From NCBI RefSeq assembly GCF_036971445.1, contig NC_091477.1, positions 81,840,001 through 81,904,000 on the forward strand: a stretch of 64,000 nt of DNA. The letters are read 5' to 3'. The DNA comes from Narcine bancroftii (lineage: Eukaryota). Positions 37,811 to 51,070 of this stretch are shown piece by piece (within the stretch, counting starts at the first letter, position 1; every line of letters starts with the position of its first letter). A model generated the notes under the pieces. It searched no databases and was not told where the DNA came from. It saw only the letters and a list, made by a program, of their open reading frames with translations. The translations under genes and the position numbers were made by a program.

Positions 37811-38294
37811 TTTTCAGACAACCAGATAGCCAGAAAGCCAAATGTGAGATGTTGTTGGGACTTAACTTTTTAGCTCCCGTTTTGTGGCAAATTTCAATCT
37901 AATAAAATGATGTATCAAGAGCTGGAGATCAGAAACAAAGTGTTAGAAATATTCAGCAGGTCAGGCCATGGAATGTTGATGATCTTTCAGCAGAACCAGA
38001 AAAGTTGCTTATGTTGTGGAGAAGGAGAAGGAACAGAGGGAGTGAAAGAGTAGAGGCAAAGATGTGTGAAATGACACTAGTGGTGAGGGTGCAACTTCAT
38101 TCAATTTTTATTGTTTACTTGTACTAGCTGTTTGCTGCCTCTGTATTTTTAACTATAGATAATAATCTTCTAATAGTCTACCCTGTTTTAACGTTACTTT
38201 TAATATGTTAACATCGACAATTAGCATTCAAAAATTGTCTTCCAGAGGAAGTTCTTTTTCCTAATTCTGCCCATCTCTGCAATATTGCTTAATA

Positions 38295-40280
38295 CATAAG
38301 AATGTAAGAAATAGGAGTAGGTTATTTGGCCCATCAAGCCTGATCTGCCATTCCATATGATCAGGCCATGGATTCACTTCCATTTGCAATTTCCCCATAA
38401 CCCTCAATTCCCTTACAGTGTATATTTTTTTAAAAAAAGTATCTGTGTTTGAACTGTGTTTAATGAGGGAGCTTCCACTATTTCCTTAGATAGAGAATTC
38501 TACAGATTCACTACTTTAGAAGAAACAGTTCCTTTTTTTTGTCTTCTCTTTCAATATTTTTATTAGTTTCATCATATAAATGTTGCATAGGTACATGAGA
38601 ATAAAATGGAATATTAACAAATCTTAAAAAATAATACAGATGGCATAGTAAACTATGTTACATTTAAAAAGTGGGGGGAAAAAATTATTAAACTATTCTA
38701 CTTATCTAACCTCACCTTACAGAGATTATTGGCTTAACACAGTCAGACCATTACTGATATAAAAAATAAAGTAACCAATTGGATCATAAACCAGAAAATT
38801 CTTACAAATTTTGAAAATAATTGAGAAAAGACCCCCATAAAGAAACAAAGTTAAGATTCATTTCATTAGTTAAACTTCTAATTTTTCCAAAGTCAGATAC
38901 GCCATCATATTGGACAACCACTGATTATTGTGGGAAGGACAGCATCTTTCCATCTCCTTGAAATGGCCTTTCTAGTAATAATGGAAGCAAGGGCAACTAC
39001 ATAGGATTGTGATGTATTCAATATCAAACTTATTCCAGAGAGCGAGAAAAATATTTGGAGTCAAATTAAGAACTAAAGGCAAGGTATGAAATACCCCTTC
39101 CCAAAAATTGTAAAGAGGACATAATTAGAACATGTAATACAGTGTACCTTCTTCACTTGTACATATGGCATATTTAGAAGAGAGATTAGAATAATCTTTT
39201 GCCAATTGAACTTTGGAATAGTGGGCTTGGTGTACAACCTTAATGAGGGTCTAGCACAAAGAGAGGATGAATTAATGCTTTAAAATAGAATTCCATAACA
39301 TTTCAGAAAATAGCTGTTGAAACTCCTGTTCCCATAATTTATTAAATTCTGTCTGGAGAACTATCCCTAGAATTTAGAAGTACAACTCTGATTATCCTAA
39401 ATCGGACTCTCCAAAATCCTCAGTTATCCGAAATGTAAAAAATATTTGGATAAATGAGGATATCCAAAATCCTAATGTATTCAAAATTTTTTCGGAGCCG
39501 AACTGACCAGGGACCTCAGGCTCCTAGCGGCAGCAGCGCGGACCTTGGACTCCCAGGCAGGAGCAAGACCCTCGAGCTTCCAGCACAAGTGGGGCCTCAG
39601 TTGGGAGGTGTTGGTTATTGGCAGTGGACAGCATTTGTTTTTTGAGAATTAAACATTATTTTAATGCTTAAAAAGCCTTACCTTGTTTGTTGTTGTTCGA
39701 ACACTGTTACAAATGATTTGCTGTTGCTACTGGGCAGTTTTTTTTTAAATGGGCAGTTCTCCAAAAAAATATTTATCTGAAATGGGCCCGGTCCTGACCA
39801 CTTCGGATCATCGGAGTTGTACTGAAATTCATAAAGGCCAGATACCACCCCTTTATAATTAGTTTGGAAAATTTATGAATCATCTTTATCATATTAGGTT
39901 CCAGGACTTCAGTGAGCTTCAAAATTAAAATCAGGAAGCTCCTAACCTGTAAATAACAATTCATTTTTGTCTTGAATCCATTTCCCTGAATCTTGAAGCT
40001 TTGTCCCCTAGTTCTAGTCTCACGTACCAGTGGAAACAGCTTTACTGCTTCTATTGTATTTATTATTTTCATGATTTTATTTGTTTCTGTAGGATCCCTA
40101 CTCATTTTTGAAAACTTTAGCAAGATTAGTCCCAGACAACTTGATCTCTCCTTTTAGGCTAAACTCTCATGTCTGAAATCAATCTGGTGAACCTTCTCTT
40201 GTACTCCCTCCAAGGCAAATATTTATTTTCTCAAGGAAGGAGACCAGAACTGCACACAGTACTACAGGTCTCACCAGTGC
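38295..40280 (-). mobile_element. Nested cluster: CR1 interrupted by an L1-like element (about 38535-39900), which is itself interrupted by a MITE
   Basis: The CR1 tail at 38295-38530 resumes near 39955 (KLFPLVRETRTRG). The L1 segment is homologous to 21860-22540. Confidence 0.7.
39378..39824. mobile_element. Tc1/mariner (Tigger-like) non-autonomous element
   Basis: TIRs AGTACAACTCTGATTATCC / GGATCATCGGAGTTGTACTG. L1 sequence is contiguous across it when compared with 22460-22490. Confidence 0.7.
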
Positions 40281-42840
40281 TTGGAGGACTGTGGACGGTT
40301 CTTGCATGTAGCACTTCAAAATTTTTAATTTGGCAATGGACCTGTTGAATGAATATTTTGGGTACTAATGTTGTACTTTCCAAACCATTATGTGATTAGA
40401 GCAAAGTTACCATGTGGTTAGCAGAGGTGGATATTCCACTTGAGCCATTTTTGTGGTTTTCTTTCCACTCCAATTAGTTATAGAAAGGAGCAATAATTAT
40501 CACAGAATTAACCATTTACTCTGAAATGTTATTTTGATTTGAAATTAAAAAATGTACTCTTTTTATTTTGAATCCACTTTTAATCCTGTCATTAACTAAA
40601 AGTGGGAAAATAGATATAAATTGAAATAATTACATGTTTATAGAGTTTCAAATAATTTATAATTTTATCTAAATCAAGCACTTTGAGTAAATTTGCTCAA
40701 TGGAAGTTTACTTGTGTCCTATGTGATAGATCCCTTTACTAAAACCCTATAATGTATTGTCGGATTTACTGAGAAAGTTAGAGGGTCACATTAAAATTGA
40801 CAACTTGCCCTAAACTTGTTAATGTAAAATACCTTTTGGGATAGCATGGGTCCTGTGGTTATAAATCTATTTTAAGCTCATTACAATTGGTTTATTGTTC
40901 CAGGAGGAGGTGTAGTGATCCAACTTCATATAGTTGCTTGCAGATGGGACAACTGTAACGTGGCAGTAACAAACCCTTTCCATAGGATTTCTCCCAAAAT
41001 TTAGCTTTACTTGAATTGGTTCAATCCTAATCAATACGTTCCACTATGCTGATATTAATTGTTTGTAAATGTTTAAATGATTATTTTGCATTTTTCAGTT
41101 TTATTACTTTAGTAGATGTAACATGTTTGGCATTTTATTTGCATGAGATTTTAAGAACATGGATTCATTTTGATTAATGTCATGGAATCCATGAAGTAGT
41201 TTTCAGTGAAGGGCTTTTTATGGTTTGAAGGTAGAAATTTCTATTGTGAGGAACATTCTTCCTGTCCTGTGACAAAGTAAAACTTTTGTGCATTGCCATC
41301 CTTCAGGTTATGGGGTGTCTAATTGTGGGTGTAGATTCATCCTATTCTTTTGGGCTCAGAAGAGACCATCTTGACTTGATTTTTTTTGTTTTTGTTACCC
41401 AGTAGTGCTCTTGAGCCTTATTTAGCGAACAAGGTGTACATTAGCTTTACACTCTAGGCTTACATTGCATTTTATCCATTGGTTTACCCTACATTCAGTG
41501 ATTCAAATTATGTTTCTGGCTTTAATCCAATTGTGCTCATGTATATACTGGTGTCCTTCCTGAATGTTTCTCAATGTTGAAGTAAAATTTATAGCCTCTT
41601 GTTTTCTGACTTTTAGAATAATTGTTAAATTCTGTAGTTAAAGGCAATGAAAATGGATAAACTTGTTCATAGATTGGCCTTTTCATTTCTCAACCTCCAA
41701 TCCACTTGTGGGACTGTGGTAAAACTATTTAGTATTAATATTAATATCTTTAGGGATTTTAATCCAGACTTGTAGTTTAGTATCAGTGGGGGTAGTGAAT
41801 TAATTTTAACAGTTTATGTAAAAGGCGTTTTGTAGGCAAATGACTTACTAGGGCAGTAACATTAGAAAAACTTGCACAATTCAAGTTTGTCTACTCATTA
41901 TTCCATCATTAGGAAGTTTGTAGTGAGGCAGGAAGTCATCTCTTGATGCCTATCATAAGCTTAAGATGGAGAAAGAGCCAAATGCCTTAGTACAATTTCC
42001 TGACCTCCTACCAACATCCATCTTTTGTGATGTAATTAGCTTATCTAGTTTGTTAGAATGCTGAATTTTCATCATAACCATTCAATCAGCATTGAGTATA
42101 GTGGTTCAAGATGCTTTATAGAATATTATTGTACACACATGTAATCAAAAGCTTGGTTAAAGTGAGGATTTAAGGCAAGCCTTAGAAGAGTGAAAATTGA
42201 AGATGAATTCTAGAGGGTCAAGACTTGGGCAACTGGAGACATTTTGTTAAGTGGATCAGTGAAAACTAGAGTATGTGTAAGTGCCCAAATTTGGTTCAGT
42301 GAAGAGATCTTGAAATATTGTAGGACTAAATGACTCAATGTATAGTATTGAGCAATTTTGATCAACCTTAAAAGGGTGACTTGTAATGGAGATATGCAAT
42401 ATGCCACGGTCAGCACTGAAGGAAGAATGGTTTATTTTTTATTACTCTGCAGTGCAACTTTTTGAGAATTGGTGCCTGGATTGAGAGAGGTTTGATCTGC
42501 CTCCTTGATTAACCAAATAAAGTGGAATAACCAGAGATGTGTCTTGGAATCGTGAATTCAAATCTTGCTCCAGATTGGCATGCACTCTATTTTCTTTAGA
42601 GCATAAACTCTGCTGGTCCTGTTATTTAAGACAGGAAGTTGTGATTGAACAAAAAAAATCATCAAAATTATTTCTTGTGTAGAGTGAAGGTATGGTAATT
42701 TTATGTGAGGAAATATTGTAAGGAAATGACCCTTTCTCATTTTCAACAGATGAATTGTGAGTATGTGCAAGTAATAAAAGAAGGTAGTTAAAGAAAAACT
42801 ACACTTTCAGGATATTAATTGTGGATTGTTTAAACTTTAG

Positions 42841-42878
42841 ATTTTGAAGACCTCTTTGATGATGATGATATTCAGTGA
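42841..42878 (+). CDS. COPS9: COPS9 coding exon 3 (DFEDLFDDDDIQ-stop)
   Basis: Acceptor CTTTAG and the conserved acidic F/D-rich C-terminus. The spliced CDS is 174 nt, or 57 aa. Confidence 0.97.
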
Positions 42879-43076
42879 TTCGTCTCTTCACTTCATCCAA
42901 ATTTCAAATGTGGAAAAGGAAAGAAAATTGGGATTGCATTAGCCCATTAACAAATCCACCAGGAAATTTCAGAACCGCCACCATTTTATAAATGTGTGGA
43001 ATTTGGGCGCTGTTTATTTTGTTTGGTTTTCAAATTGTAAATTTATGAAATGAACTACATTCTGTGCATTTTGTAG

Positions 43077-43082
43077 AATAAA
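43077..43082 (+). terminator. Candidate COPS9 polyadenylation signal
   Basis: AATAAA about 200 nt after the stop, followed by a T/GT-rich tract. Confidence 0.6.
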
Positions 43083-45480
43083 CTTGTAATTTCTGTTTAT
43101 TTTTAACAACCAATACATTTGCCAGTTCATCCAATTTGTTGAGATTTTTCAGATCCTAATCGTTGTTCTAATTTAATTGAGGATTAACTGTCACAAAATG
43201 AGTGTTTGATACACAGTTTAATCAAATAGTTGTAAGTAAAGTCCTACTTCCAAAGGTTGAAAACTACTTGGTATTTTTCTGCAAAGATTTATATTGAATA
43301 GGACTTGTTCAAAAGTAGATATTTGGAAATATTAAGGAGCTGTGAAGTGCAAGAAGCTTGGTGAAAGCTTCCATTATTTTTTATTTGCAATGTTTTGGTT
43401 CCAAATGTTTTGAATACAAGGTCATTTTTCTAAAAAAAAACAAAGTTCAGAGGAAAAGACATTGAGCACCATATAACTTGTCTTTCCGTCAGCAGGATTA
43501 TCATCTCAATTACTAGCTGCCTTTGAATTACTTTATTTATAGAACTTGCTCTTTTTTTTCCCATCCAGAACACTTGGCTTGATTCTTTTAAAATCTTGCC
43601 TGGCAATTGCAATACAAGAAGTAATTTTGCCTATCCTCAACATGCCTCTTTATCTAACCCCTTAAAGATTGTTGTTTGTCTTTAGCTTCCTTTCCTCTTA
43701 AACTGTGTTCTTTCCTTTAACCAACTTTTATGGTAGATGTTTGCATTCGAACCCACAGCCAGATGAAAAGAATTCTCCTTCATTTTGTAGCCCCAATATT
43801 TTCTCTTAGTATCAAATTGGTTTTCATTAGTCAAGATTATGCAAACATAACTAAACAATTTTAACATTTCGCCTTCTCAGACTAACACATGATTGTAAAT
43901 GAACTGACATAAGATGCAATTTGGAGTTGTAAATTTGTAATGTAATTATATTCACATTCATACTGCTGTTTTGCATTCAAACACCATCCAAATGTATTTC
44001 TAAGCAGTGATACTTGGATCTTAATTAAACACATTAATATGATTGCACTTGTATTTTTGTGTGCACATTTCTCCACTATGTTCAGTTTGAGCAACATAAA
44101 ATGGGATCTGTGCTGAAACCTTGTGATCCCAAACATGTCCAGAGAGTTCAGTCATATCTAAGGATCAGAAATGGGAGCAGAAGTAGGCTATATTGCTCAG
44201 TAGACTTGTTCTGCCATTCAACAGTATCATAGTTGATTTAATATTTGGCTTCACCTTCATTTTTCTGCTAAATATCTATAACACTAAGATCAAACATTAT
44301 ATCTTTTTTTGATTATTTTATTTACATTTTCAATTCAACATGAAATTAATCAATTACATAAAAGAAACAAATCTTATCATTTGATGTTGATATTTGAGTA
44401 AAAGAAAAAAAGAACAAACCCTACCCTCCCCCTCCTATCCACCTAGGGAAAAAAAGGAAAAAAATAGTCCATAGAATTGAAGAGAAAAAAGAAAGAAAAA
44501 GTGTTTCATTCGATTCGTCTTCAGTCTCCTGTCAATGGACAAATATCTAGAATCCCAAATGGTTCCCAGATGCAGGGGGCTGAGGGCAGGGGGTGGCATT
44601 GTTAAGAATCTGCCTACCTGTTGAAGGTATGGTCTCCAAATTTTTAGAAGAAAATTTTTTTTCCTACAGTTATAAGTAATTTTCTTCAGGGGAATACAAA
44701 CATATATTTCCGCTTTCCAATAAGTCATATCTAGATGCGAATCATATTTCCAGGTAACCGCTATACACTTCCTGGCCACCACCAATGTGATCTTTACAAA
44801 TTCTAATTGGTGTTTCGGCAGCCTCATTTTAGGTCTTGCATATGCTATATTTCCCAATATAAACAATTTCGGTATCTGTATAAATTGAATCTTAATGATT
44901 TGTTCCAGAAAGACCTCACCTTAGAACATGACCAGGTTGAATGCAAAGTAAAGTTAGTTTCTTTGCTGCATCTAAAACATTGATCTGATCTGATTTTAAT
45001 TTGTGTAATTTTTGAGGTGTTATTGTATTGTGCCAATCTATACCTTACGTTAATTGTATTGGTTATCCTGTCCCAACAAAAGTCAGACCAACTTTTTTCA
45101 TCAGTTGGTATACCTTTGTCTAGATTTATGTAACCCCTGTTTCTGGATATCCATTTGAAGTAAGAAAAGCATTTTTGAAATGAATTTATTTGTCATCCTC
45201 TTCTGAACTGCACTGTCATCATTGGGCCCAATTTGTCCCTGAAGTAAAATCTTAATTGAAAATAGTAGAAGATAGTATTATTAGTTATGCCGTATTTGGT
45301 TTTGAATTGATCACATTACATTAATTGCCCTTGCTCATAACAATCCTTGATGCACCCAGTCCTTTTTTGGGACCAGGTCTAGAATTTATTGTCCATTGTT
45401 AAAGGGTAACTTATTTTAAGATAAAAGTGTTTAGGAGATGGGCCCCCTTTAGTCCTGATTTGTTAGAGCTATATAATATA

Positions 45481-47135
45481 TCTTCTTTGGCTTGGCTTCG
45501 CGGACGAAGATTTATGGAGGGGGTAAAAAGTCCACGTCAGCTGCAGGCTCGTTTGTGGCTGACCAGTCCGATGCGGGACAGGCAGACACGATTGCAGCGG
45601 TTGCAAGGGAAAATTGGTTGGTTGGGGTTGGGTGTTGGGTTTTTCCTCCTTTGCCTTTTGTCAGTGAGGTGGGCTCTGCGGTCTTCTTCAAAGGAGGCTG
45701 CTGCCCGCCAAACTGTGAGGCGCCAAGATGCACGGTTTGAGGCGTTATCAGCCCACTGGCGGTGGTCAATGTGGCAGGCACCAAGAGATTTCTTTAGGCA
45801 GTCCTTGTACCTTTTCTTTGGTGCACCTCTGTCACGGTGGCCAGTGGAGAGCTCGCCATATAATACGATCTTGGGAAGGCGATGGTCCTCCATTCTGGAG
45901 ACGTGACCCATCCAGCGCAGCTGGATCTTCAGCAGCGTGGACTCGATGCTGTCGACCTCTGCCATCTCGAGTACCTCGACGTTAGGGGTGTGAGCGCTCC
46001 AATGGATGTTGAGGATGGAGCGGAGACAACGCTGGTGGAAGCGTTCTAGGAGCCGTAGGTGGTGCCGGTAGAGGACCCATGATTCGGAGCCGAACAGGAG
46101 TGTGGGTATGACAACGGCTCTGTATACGCTTATCTTTGTGAGGTTTTTCAGTTGGTTGTTTTTCCAGACTCTTTTGTGTAGTCTTCCAAAGGCGCTATTT
46201 GCCTTGGCGAGTCTGTTGTCTATCTCATTGTCGATCCTTGCATCTGATGAAATGGTGCAGCCGAGATAGGTAAACTGGTTGACCGTTTTGAGTTTTGTGT
46301 GCCCGATGGAGATGTGGGGGGGCTGGTAGTCATGGTGGGGAGCTGGCTGATGGAGGACCTCAGTTTTCTTCAGGCTGACTTCCAGGCCAAACATTTTGGC
46401 AGTTTCCGCAAAGCAGGACGTCAAGCGCTGAAGAGCTGGCTCTGAATGGGCAACTAAAGCGGCATCATCTGCAAAGAGTAGTTCACGGACAAGTTTCTCT
46501 TGTGTCTTGGTGTGAGCTTGCAGGCGCCTCAGATTGAAGAGACTGCCATCCGTGCGGTACCGGATGTAAACAGCGTCTTCATTGTTGGGGTCTTTCATGG
46601 CTTGGTTCAGCATCATGCTGAAGAAGATTGAAAAGAGGGTTGGTGCGAGAACACAGCCTTGCTTCACGCCATTGTTAATGGAGAAGGGTTCAGAGAGCTC
46701 ATTGCTGTATCTGACCCGACCTTGTTGGTTTTCGTGCAGTTGGATAATCATGTTGAGGAACTTTGGGGGACATCCGATGCGCTCTAGTATTTGCCAAAGC
46801 CCTTTCCTGCTCACGGTGTCGAAGGCTTTGGTGAGGTCAACAAAGGTGATGTAGAGTCCTTTGTTTTGTTCTCTACACTTTTCTTGGAGCTGTCTGAGGG
46901 CAAAGACCATGTCAGTGGTTCCTCTGTTAGCGCGAAAGCCGCACTGTGATTCTGGGAGAATATTCTCAGCGACACTAGGTATTATTCTATTTAGTAGAAT
47001 CCTAGCGAAGATTTTGCCTGCAATGGAGAGCAACGTGATTCCCCTGTAGTTTGAGCAGTCTGATTTCTCGCCTTTGTTTTTGTACAGGGTGATGATGGTG
47101 GCATCACGAAGATCCTGAGGCAGTTTACCTTGGTC
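45481..47135 (-). mobile_element. Young RTE-clade LINE with an uninterrupted reverse transcriptase ORF, running into the gap
   Basis: Open frame of at least 498 aa: PESQCGFR, FVDLTKAFD, GVKQGCVLAP, LFADD, FTYLG and a C-terminal CxxC...H...C motif. It has a short 3' UTR and a GAA tail. Confidence 0.95.
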
Positions 47136-47275
47136 NNNNNNNNNNNNNNNNNNNNNNNNNNNNNNNNNNNNNNNNNNNNNNNNNNNNNNNNNNNNNNNNN
47201 NNNNNNNNNNNNNNNNNNNNNNNNNNNNNNNNNNNNNNNNNNNNNNNNNNNNNNNNNNNNNNNNNNNNNNNNNNN
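47136..47275. other. Assembly gap (140 N)
   Basis: Run of N. Confidence 1.
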
Positions 47276-50262
47276 TCTAGAAGCTTCAAATCTCCCATCT
47301 CATAATACCATGATACTCTTGGTGGCTTACCCTTCCAGAGGAACTTCCTGATACTTTTGTTTTAAGTCTCAAAAAACTTCTGAGTTAATGGAATTGGTAA
47401 TGTCTGGAAGAGATATTGGGCTCTTGGTAATACATTCAGTTTTATACAATTGACCCTTCCATCAAGAGATATTGGGAGAGTCACCCATTTACCAAGGTCT
47501 TCCCCCAATTCTCTTAAATTCTGTAAGTTACTATCTACCTTTATCCCTAAATATTTTGTACCATTTAGTGGTCACTTAAATTGTGAATTTCTCTGAATTT
47601 GATTATAATTCCCTCCAGTAAGTGGCATAATTTTGCTTTTATCCCATTTGACTTTATAACCTGAAACTATCCCATAATTCTCCAGTTTAGATTGCAGTTT
47701 TTGCAATGATGTTGCTGGCTTTGTCAGATATATCAGGTATGTTGTCAACAAATACATTAATCTTGTGTTCTTCCTGATTGACCTTGAATCCTTTTATGTC
47801 TGGATCTTGTTGGATAGATTCCGCTAACAGTTCTATAGCGAGGATTAAGAGAGCTGGAGATAATGGACAACTAATGGGAATGTTGATGAAAATTGCCCAT
47901 TAGTAATTACTTTGTCCTTAGGCTCAGAATGTAGAGCTATAATCCAATTTTTAAATGTTTGCCCTAACCCAAATTTCCTAGCACCATAAATAAAAAAATC
48001 CTATTCCATTCGAAGGCTTTTTCTGTATCAAGGGCCACAGCGACACTCAAATCATCTCTTGTTTGTGCAAGATGAGTTATGCTGAGAAATCTGCTTATGT
48101 TATCTGCAGATTGACTCTTTTGCACAAAGCCTGTTGTAGTCACATTAGTTAATTTTGGCAAATATTTTGCCAATCTATTTGCCAAGACTTTGGCAATAAT
48201 CTTGTAGTATGAATTCAGTAATGATATGGGTCTATAAGATGATGGTTTCAATGGATTTCTATCTTTTTTTAGGTATCATTGCCATTGAAAAAAGACATTA
48301 CATCTTTGAATATACTTAATGATTTCATATTCATAGCTTCTGAGATAGAAAATTCCAAAGATGTACAGCTGTCTGTGAGATTGCTTCCTAATTTTAATTG
48401 AGGTTGCTGTATGGTTCCCTGAGGCACCCCACTAGTTGTATCTTCCTAACCTGAAATGGTTAAGTCAAAATAAATAAATAGGTAATTTTTGGTTTAGAAA
48501 GCATGTTATTTCCCAGTATCATGAACTTGTCCCAGTATCATGAACTTGTACCACATGCACTAATTTAAATGGAGCCTTTTGAATACATTTTGGAAATCCA
48601 TATGCACCATGTTGAAGTTTTTTCCATCCCCTCAAAGAACTCGAGACATTTTCTTTTCATAAAATCATATTTACTCTTTGTGTTGTGATTTTTCTGACAG
48701 CCTGCGAATACATTGGTAATAATGGATCCAAGATTCTCCCAATGATAAATGTTAGTGGACCAATCAACAATTTTTTTTTGTTTTTTTTTCCTCCCTCCTT
48801 TCTCAAAAAATGCAATGCATATTTGTTGTTTTAATCTATGAAACTTTGTAATGAACTATGCTCACAAATTTCTTAAGGATAAACATGATTTTTACTTAAA
48901 AGTTAATACTTTTCACTGCTTCTGCTGATTTGCATTTCATGTTTGCAATGAAGGCATACGTCTGAACAGCTTTTCAGTATTGAAAGAGCCACCTGCTTCA
49001 GTATTTTTGTTAAAAGCAAGAAACCCTAATGTTGAAAAACCGAGGATGTTTGGTAAATTATATTAAAAGTTAAAGCACTGAAAGATATTTTAAGAGATAA
49101 CTCATAATTCTCAACAAAGATCTTTCCTATTGTGGTACGAGGACTCTGCAAGCGGATATTCCTATGGCTTATTAAGGAATTTAAGGAAAGGAAAGGCATA
49201 GAATGGTGTAAAGATTAGTGGAAAGCTAGAAAGCAGGACATATGAAATAAGCAAAGGTGACTAAAATAACATTAGAAGAAAGGATTATGAGAGCAGACCA
49301 ATAAAAAAAATGACAAGGGCTTCAATAATTAAGAAAGGAAGAAGAAATCAATAGTTAATATTTGTCCCTGAGAAGATGAGATTGAGGAATTAATAACGGA
49401 GATAAAAACTGAACAGTACTTTGAACTTATATTCAGCTCAGGCACTCTGAAAATATCAGAATAATTGTTAAAAAAAAAATCCAAGGGAAAAGAGAGGAAG
49501 GAACTTCAGACCATCACCAGCACTAGAGAATGCCAAGTACCACTAACAGAACCAAGGGATGAGATGTCTCCTGTATCTGACGGCTCACCTCCAAGGCTCC
49601 TGAACTGTCTTTGCAGTTACAGTCAAAATTCTCTGGTTTCCTTGAAAAACAAATCAACAGTAGTAGTAATCTTTAAATAAGAAGCATGTTTATCTTTAAA
49701 AACAATTAGCATTTTTAAAACTGAATAAATCAATGCTGTCTTTAATCAATGAAGATTAATTGCGTTTTCAACATCTTTGTTGTAACAGAACACATTTTCT
49801 ATGTCTGTCACAGCAGTATAGCAGCCCATTTGTTTAAATTATTTCCCCATCAAAATCATAAGCCAAATTGTTTGATTGTAAACAGTGACAAATTAAAGCT
49901 TTACTTCCCACACATTTAGTAGGAACTGCTTTAGTTATATTAATAACATTCCTATTGGTTGAATGTGAATCCATTACTTTAATTATTTGCACATTTTCAA
50001 TTTGTGTATCTTTTTAAAACAAGGTGTTGCACAAATGCATTAAACAAAATGAAGAGCCATTTCATGTTTAATTAAATCTGTACAATGATTTTTGCATTTT
50101 TTTTTGGGCAGCCTATTAAGTGACAATTTAACTGCCATTACTAGAAAGAGTGCATTTGTGATCTTGGAGATTGATGTTAAATTAGAATGGTTCACGTATT
50201 GCCCAATCGAAAAATTATTGTTAAACTATCTATTCAGTGTAACACATAGACACATGCTATTA

Positions 50263-51070
50263 TTCAAGATTCAATTTATTGTCATGTAATAAAACATGCA
50301 ATTCCTTTTTGCCTGCTTCAAGGCAGACAGATTTGCCACCAGCAGAAATTGCCTAAGTATCTCTTACATTTCTTAGTCAGACTTAGTCAGAGAAAGGGAA
50401 GCAGAGTCACTGAGTGTCCGTAGATTCGCCTCCAGTGCTTCTGCAGCCTCCGCAGACGCCCAGAGTCCAGTCCAAACCATTGGCTACCTGAGCTCCAGAT
50501 CTGAACCTCTGGCATGGTCAGGGACCCTTTGGGTCCCTCAGCACCCCCTCACATTTCAGTTCCCCTCCGACCAGTTCAAGCCAACCTCCAGCAGCCTACA
50601 GCACAGCGCGAATCTCCCGCCAGCACCCCACAGCTTTCATAGGTTCCTTGCCTTGATTCGCCAGCAGGCCACCACTTGCACTGGCCCCTCAACTGCAAGC
50701 CTCTTCATTGGTCCATCCCTGTGGTCACAGTCCCGTGGGTTGTCTCTTTCACTTCTCCTTTTCAGCTGAGGGAATGATCTTCCTGACTTGCAGTTTCCTG
50801 CTCCGGTCCTCCACTTCTCCAGAGTCTGCAGCCCCCTCATGGCTGCTGATTAATAGGCGCCGCCATCTTGGACGCAAACCCCATGGTCGCAGGATCTCAA
50901 ATAAAACCACTGTCGACTCCCTCAATGGCCATTACAGTCGGTACAGAGCTGATGGCAGTTGACTGGGCTGCTGGACCCTGCAGGAGCACTGCATCTCTGC
51001 TCCCTCACTCCCAGCAGGTCTGCACCAGCGGCAGCACTACCGCAGCTCCGGCAGTGCCACCATCTTTACA
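50263..51070 (-). mobile_element. Unclassified GC-rich, probably non-autonomous retroposon
   Basis: It begins with a TTCAAGATTCAATTTATTGTCA tail like the Rex1-type tails. It is a sharply bounded GC-rich block with GCCATCTT motifs and no recognisable ORF. Confidence 0.45.

Larger units (their letters stand above)
44305..48290 (-). mobile_element. L1-like LINE remnant interrupted by the RTE and an assembly gap
   Basis: SYRPISLLNSYYKIIAKVLANRL, ALDTEKAF, SGYKVKWDKS, CFRCSKE...HSTWSC zinc knuckle and ARKCIAVTWK. Confidence 0.82.

Noticed and set aside
45427-45985. Antisense and alternative-frame ORFs recurring at 25.2, 37.4 and 45.4 kb
   Set aside because: They recur only because they lie in copies of the same RTE; there is no independent coding evidence.
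48511-48548. 19-bp tandem duplication TCCCAGTATCATGAACTTG
   Set aside because: Real but ordinary slippage in non-coding, repeat-rich DNA.
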